48,882 nucleotides of DNA, taken from IMG/VR virus record IMGVR_UViG_3300011335_000824, positions 1-48,882 of that record; one strand, 5' to 3'. Every line of letters starts with the position of its first letter. The first letter of the stretch is position 1. The stretch is from a virus. Its lineage: Duplodnaviria > Caudoviricetes. The notes below the pieces were generated by a model that saw nothing but the letters and a program-made list of their open reading frames with translations, was not told where the DNA came from and ran no database searches. The translations under genes were made by a program, and so were the position numbers. Of this stretch, positions 44,758-48,882 are shown in pieces.

Positions 44758-45231
44758 TTAAAGAAATTTCTTTAAATTGGGTCTGAAGTAGTTGATTGAT
44801 TTTAACACTTTTTTGTCTGATTTCCTGTACACCACCCAATATTCTCCTACCTGTTCATAGTATGTTTCTTCACCAATTCGTTTTGCTTCACTTTCTGCTG
44901 TTTGTTTAGCTTCTTGTTCTGTTTTACATGCTTTAGACATATTTGAAGCTTGCACTTCAGCATATGCATCCATAAATTTATCTTTTAAACCATGTAACAT
45001 AACTCCATTTCCTGTTGCAACATAAGTAATGTCACAAAGTGCATCTAACACTTCTACAATGTCTCCTGTTTCACAAGCATGTTTATATTCTTCTAATTCT
45101 TCTAAAATGAAATTGTAAACAAATTCCCATTCTTTACGTTCTGGAATGTTTGGAGTGTAGGTGTTTGGCTTGCCCATAGTGGCATTAAATGTTTCTACTT
45201 CAGAAACAAATGGTACGTATTTTTTTTCCAT
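44758..45231 (-). CDS. MazG-like/PRA-PH nucleoside triphosphate pyrophosphohydrolase
   Basis: EELEEY, EVLDALCDITYV, EVQASNMSK, KVLKS. Confidence 0.85.
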   Translation of the reverse strand: MEKKYVPFVSEVETFNATMGKPNTYTPNIPERKEWEFVYNFILEELEEYKHACETGDIVEVLDALCDITYVATGNGVMLHGLKDKFMDAYAEVQASNMSKACKTEQEAKQTAESEAKRIGEETYYEQVGEYWVVYRKSDKKVLKSINYFRPNLKKFL

Positions 45232-45248
45232 AGTTTTATTTTTATGAT

Positions 45249-45280
45249 TAAATATAAGAAAAAATATTTAAACAACCAAG
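45249..45280 (-). promoter_or_regulatory. Bacteroidota-type -33/-7 promoter
   Basis: CTTGG...CTTATATTTA with N20 spacing, upstream of the MazG-polymerase genes. Confidence 0.6.
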
Positions 45281-45288
45281 TTTTTATT

Positions 45289-45552
45289 TTAGTAAAGTAT
45301 GTTTCCAAAATTTAATGTTGGAAGTGAATTTCCATTTTTGTCTTTAGCAAAATCTAAACATAAACAAGTTAAGTTGCCATTGTCTGACAATGCAAAGAAT
45401 AAAAAGTCTTTTACTGTTGACTCAGCACAGTTAGTTAAAATGTACATCGCATCTTTTCTTGCTGATGATTTGATGTTTTCTTTAACTAATTGTTTAAGTA
45501 CTTTTTTTAACTTAGAATTGACTTTACATGAGTTGTTAGAAGTCTTTGCCAT
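45289..45552 (-). CDS. Hypothetical protein
   Basis: 87 aa ORF on the coding strand. Confidence 0.55.
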   Translation of the reverse strand: MAKTSNNSCKVNSKLKKVLKQLVKENIKSSARKDAMYILTNCAESTVKDFLFFALSDNGNLTCLCLDFAKDKNGNSLPTLNFGNILY

Positions 45553-46171
45553 TTTTCATTATTGCTTGTAAAAATTCATCACGAATCATATTGTTTGGCT
45601 CCATAAATACTCCACTGAATTTATTGGTGGTCATTGTTGAAGTAGGATGTTTAATGCCTCTGTTTGAACAACACATGTGTTTAGCTGCTACACTTACTGC
45701 TACAGATTTACAGTTCATCTTTTCAGTTAAAAATGAGTGAATTTGTTGAGTTAGAGATTCTTGCATTTGTGGTCTACGAGAAAACCAATCTACTACTCTG
45801 TTTAATTTGCTTAAACCAACTACTTTTTCTTCAGGCACATATGCTACAGAGGCATATCCTGTAAATGGTAAATTGTGATGAGCACACATAGACACTACTG
45901 GAATTCCTGTTTGAATAACTATTCCATCATAGTTTTCTTCATTTGGAAACACAGTCATTGAAGGAGCTTCTGTTACTGAGCCTACAATTAAATCTTTTAG
46001 CCAAGCTTTTGCTACTCTCTTTGGTGTGTCAACAGTTTGTCTGTCTTTTTCATAGTCAAATCCCACTGCTTTTAAAAATTCACCATAATGTTTAGATGCT
46101 TTTTCAATCATCTTTTCAATTTCTTTTGGTGTGCGGGGAGCATTTTCATTTGCTTTGTTTAGTAATTCCAT
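45536..46171 (-). CDS. folE: GTP cyclohydrolase I
   Basis: TPKRVAK, SMCAHHNLPF, VGLSKLNR, RPQMQE, HMCCSNRG. Confidence 0.96.
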   Translation of the reverse strand: MELLNKANENAPRTPKEIEKMIEKASKHYGEFLKAVGFDYEKDRQTVDTPKRVAKAWLKDLIVGSVTEAPSMTVFPNEENYDGIVIQTGIPVVSMCAHHNLPFTGYASVAYVPEEKVVGLSKLNRVVDWFSRRPQMQESLTQQIHSFLTEKMNCKSVAVSVAAKHMCCSNRGIKHPTSTMTTNKFSGVFMEPNNMIRDEFLQAIMKNGKDF

Positions 46172-46173
46172 TT

Positions 46174-46572
46174 TTATTTTTCGTTTGTTAAAGTATTTAA
46201 TATGTAAGTTAAACCGTCTAATTCATTGTTGAATATTAATTCATCCATTTTTATTTTTCGCTTGTCTAAACATCTATGAACCATACTTGTTAGTTCACTA
46301 CTAAATGTTTCATTTAAATAAGTTTCAATAAATAGCTTATGATTGGTAATTTTAATTTTATTTAGTCCTAATATCAATGTGTAGTCTTTTTTTTCTGTTT
46401 GAATGTAAATAACTTCTGATGTTGGAAATACAGTTATGATATTTTTGTCATTTGACAGTAAAGAAGCAATTGTTTTTTTAATTAAAACTTCATTAGAATC
46501 AGGAGTATGTTTTTTGTAAAGTTTATTGTTGATAATAACTCTAAGTTTTTTAAATTTATACTTAAATTTCAT
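46174..46572 (-). CDS. Hypothetical protein
   Basis: 132 aa ORF on the coding strand. Confidence 0.7.
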   Translation of the reverse strand: MKFKYKFKKLRVIINNKLYKKHTPDSNEVLIKKTIASLLSNDKNIITVFPTSEVIYIQTEKKDYTLILGLNKIKITNHKLFIETYLNETFSSELTSMVHRCLDKRKIKMDELIFNNELDGLTYILNTLTNEK

Positions 46573-46582
46573 TGTTATGTGT

Positions 46583-47302
46583 TTAATGTTTTAAGTTATT
46601 GTTTAGTATTGTTTCTATCTGATTTAATTCTTTATAACTAAATATAAGAAGTTTAATTTGATTTTCCAAACAATACTGTTTTTTTATTTTGTCTCTTATT
46701 TGAAGATAATTAAATGTTTCTTGTCCTCCAAAAAACTTAATAGGTTTATAGTGTTGTAGACCGTTATATTCAATAATCATATTTTTCTTAGGTATATAAA
46801 AATCAAAATAATGATATGAATCATCTATTCTTACTTGATGTTGGAAAATATATTTTATATCATTTTGATTTAACCAAATTGCTACTTGTTCTTCACCCTT
46901 TGATACATTACATTCAGGACAATTACTTTTAGCATATAAGTGAATTGATGGTAATTGTAAAAAAGAACCATGGTTAATACATATTATTTCTATTTCAGTA
47001 TATAAATTAACAAAAACAATATTTTTATAATTGTATTTAAAATTATGTATTTTATTTGCTCTTTCTATAAATTGTTCTTTAGTAATTTGTTTAGGATTAG
47101 GTCTCCTATTTTGACATTTTAAACATCCAAATCCTTTATAAAAGGAAACAGGATCTTTAATTTCTTGATTTCCACAATGTTTACAAATTAAAATAACAGG
47201 AATATGTGCTCCTTTATATTCTAATTTAGAGAAATCAAATTTATCAATACCAAATTTATTTTCTATTCTTTTAATAAAATCATTTTGAGTTAACTTATGC
47301 AT
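46583..47302 (-). CDS. Putative homing endonuclease: zinc-finger repeats plus a C-terminal Vsr/DUF559-like nuclease
   Basis: CKHCG..GCLKC and CINHG..CPEC repeats; SKGE, FDFY, IEYNGLQHY, RDKIK. Confidence 0.8.
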   Translation of the reverse strand: MHKLTQNDFIKRIENKFGIDKFDFSKLEYKGAHIPVILICKHCGNQEIKDPVSFYKGFGCLKCQNRRPNPKQITKEQFIERANKIHNFKYNYKNIVFVNLYTEIEIICINHGSFLQLPSIHLYAKSNCPECNVSKGEEQVAIWLNQNDIKYIFQHQVRIDDSYHYFDFYIPKKNMIIEYNGLQHYKPIKFFGGQETFNYLQIRDKIKKQYCLENQIKLLIFSYKELNQIETILNNNLKH

Positions 47303-47335
47303 ATGTTTTATTATAAATATATGGAATAAAATTCT

Positions 47336-48196
47336 TTACACATTAATTACACGATCCCAAGCTGAAATGTGCATTCTGCTCATTCCTCTAAACTTATACT
47401 TTTTAGCCATTTCCATTACAAATTGAGTTCTCTCATGAAAGTCTGTTTGACTGTCTAAACCAGGCATACAAACAACGTTTTTAAGCGGTATATTAAATGG
47501 CTCTACAAAGTCATGAAACATTTCCTTAATGTCATCTTCAGTTGAAATAACAAATTTAAATTGGTAGTTTGTGTGTTGTTTAATGCGTTCTATTGCTTCT
47601 GGTACTATACGTCTCTTTTCTTCCATACCTGAGTTACTTAGCTTTGGTGAACAGTTGATTTGGTCTAAGAAACTAAATAGTGGTTGATCTATTACTATAG
47701 TACCATTTGTTTCAATTTCATCAAATGGAATAAAATTAGAAGTGTAACCATTTTCTTTCATCTCTTTCATTTCTAATTGATACCAATAGCTTCTAAAGTT
47801 AACAATTGCTTCTTGATGTCCTTTAATTGTAGGTTCACCACCAGTCCAAATAATGTGAATAGTACCATTTCTAATATGTTCATAGATACCTTGTTCTTTC
47901 CACTGATCAATTAAGTATTGGAAGTCTTTATCTTCACCTCTCCACAACCATTGAGATGTACTATCACAAGTCCAAGATGCTTTACCTTCTTGTTCTAAGT
48001 CACCTTTAAATATTTCTCCATCTGCTAATGTTGCTTCTTTCAATAGTTTGTTAGTAAATGCTCTTGACATTCCACAGTTTAAGTTACATAAACCTAAACG
48101 AACAAAGTATGATGGTATGCCAGTTGATATACCTTCTCCTTGCACTGAGTAGAAGTCACTGCTGATTAACAGTTTATTTGAATTTATTTTGCTCAT
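47336..48196 (-). CDS. queE: 7-carboxy-7-deazaguanine synthase (radical SAM)
   Basis: FYSVQGEG..TGIPSYFVRLGLCNLNC...CDS (insertion before the third Cys), TGGEP, IETNGT, SPKL, RMH. Confidence 0.92.
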   Translation of the reverse strand: MSKINSNKLLISSDFYSVQGEGISTGIPSYFVRLGLCNLNCGMSRAFTNKLLKEATLADGEIFKGDLEQEGKASWTCDSTSQWLWRGEDKDFQYLIDQWKEQGIYEHIRNGTIHIIWTGGEPTIKGHQEAIVNFRSYWYQLEMKEMKENGYTSNFIPFDEIETNGTIVIDQPLFSFLDQINCSPKLSNSGMEEKRRIVPEAIERIKQHTNYQFKFVISTEDDIKEMFHDFVEPFNIPLKNVVCMPGLDSQTDFHERTQFVMEMAKKYKFRGMSRMHISAWDRVINV

Positions 48197-48199
48197 ATT

Positions 48200-48469
48200 T
48201 TAAAATGGTAGTTCAATTTGAACTGGTTCTTTGTTTGGATTGAAATAATTTATTAAAAATGATGTTGGATAAAGCATAACCTTACCTGTGTACTTAGTAT
48301 TTGACACATCTCTAGTTGTAACTTTAATGTTAGCTTTTTTAGCTGCTGTTGACACAGCTTTTCCTAAGTCACTACCTGCGGCTTTGCCTAAGTAGTCGTA
48401 AAGTGAAATCATGTTTTCTTCTGTCATATAGTTTATTTTTATGTTTGGATATGTTGATGTACTATTCAT
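48200..48469 (-). CDS. Hypothetical protein
   Basis: SLYDYLGKAAG...YTGKVMLYP. Confidence 0.7.
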   Translation of the reverse strand: MNSTSTYPNIKINYMTEENMISLYDYLGKAAGSDLGKAVSTAAKKANIKVTTRDVSNTKYTGKVMLYPTSFLINYFNPNKEPVQIELPF

Positions 48470-48478
48470 ATGGTGTTT

Positions 48479-48724
48479 TTAGTCTAGTTTTAAGTTGCTG
48501 TCATTTAATATGTTTCTAATCATCTCTCTGTATTTTTCTGCAATGTCCTGTTCAAATTCAGGTGCTTCTGATTCACTATGGATTACACTAACTCCATATT
48601 TAGTTGTTTGTCTTAACTTTTGATCTAATTCCCACATAGCATGTTGCCATTTATATCCATCTAATGCTGTTCTAGCATCATTTGCTTCTTCTTGAGAGTC
48701 AAACTCTAATATTATTTTTCCCAT
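48479..48724 (-). CDS. Hypothetical protein
   Basis: 81 aa ORF on the coding strand. Confidence 0.7.
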   Translation of the reverse strand: MGKIILEFDSQEEANDARTALDGYKWQHAMWELDQKLRQTTKYGVSVIHSESEAPEFEQDIAEKYREMIRNILNDSNLKLD

Positions 48725-48735
48725 TTGTTTATTTA

Positions 48736-48882
48736 TTACTCTCCATATATAGCTGAGTTCTTTTCATTCTCTTTAAACTCTACTTGAGTAACACGTACTC
48801 TATTATTTGTTTCTTCTAGTACAAATTCATTTACTTTATTGTAAATGTATTTAGCAAATTGTTCTGCTCCAGTAGCTGGAAT
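48736..48882 (-). CDS. queD: C-terminal part of a QueD/PTPS-family synthase (runs off the window end)
   Basis: Manual translation ...IPATGAEQFAKYIY...RVRVTQVEFKENEKNSAIYGE*; lies near queE and folE. Confidence 0.75.
   Translation of the reverse strand: MPATGAEQFAKYIYNKVNEFVLEETNNRVRVTQVEFKENEKNSAIYGE

Noticed and set aside
3698-45740. All plus-strand ORFs in the track (e.g. 8006..8482, 32894..33388, 38788..39414)
   Set aside because: Each lies antisense to a better-supported minus-strand gene, has no recognisable motifs, and lacks the promoter and start contexts.
1-48882. tRNA or rRNA genes
   Set aside because: No cloverleaf or GC-rich structured intergenic region was seen by eye; tRNAscan-SE was not run.

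Overview
A 48.9 kb, very AT-rich segment of a large dsDNA phage with T4-like replication genes. Every credible gene is on the minus strand. A Bacteroidota host is inferred from about 12 copies of a (T/C)TWG-N20-TATATTTA promoter and from A-rich start contexts lacking Shine-Dalgarno sequences. From left to right the window holds four blocks. (1) 1-4.4 kb is a hypervariable region of small ORFs. It includes an integrase-less array of four integron-type cassettes with attC-like inverted repeats (315-1610), whose genes run antisense and start in, or lie wholly within, the attC loops. Two tandem paralogous mini-gene families also lie here (MKQTAVEWL... and MTPKEKAKEL...EIEKL). (2) 4.4-12.3 kb holds an ATP-dependent DNA ligase, AT-hook proteins, DksA/TraR-like and degenerate HNH proteins, and probable virion proteins. 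(3) 12.4-32.6 kb is a 20 kb glycan biosynthesis island: glycosyltransferases, methyltransferases, WbqC, DegT, and an RfbH + ThDP enzyme + sugar-phosphate-cyclase-like + aldolase + SDR module suggesting an exotic branched sugar, plus an rmlB remnant. (4) 33.7-48.9 kb is the replication, chaperone and nucleotide block: PD-(D/E)XK nuclease, clamp loader subunits, GroEL/GroES, sliding clamp, family B polymerase, MazG-like protein, and folE, queE and queD for 7-deazaguanine synthesis. Six free-standing homing endonuclease genes are each preceded by the same ATATTTATWA motif. All functional calls rest on motif recognition by eye; no database searches were run.
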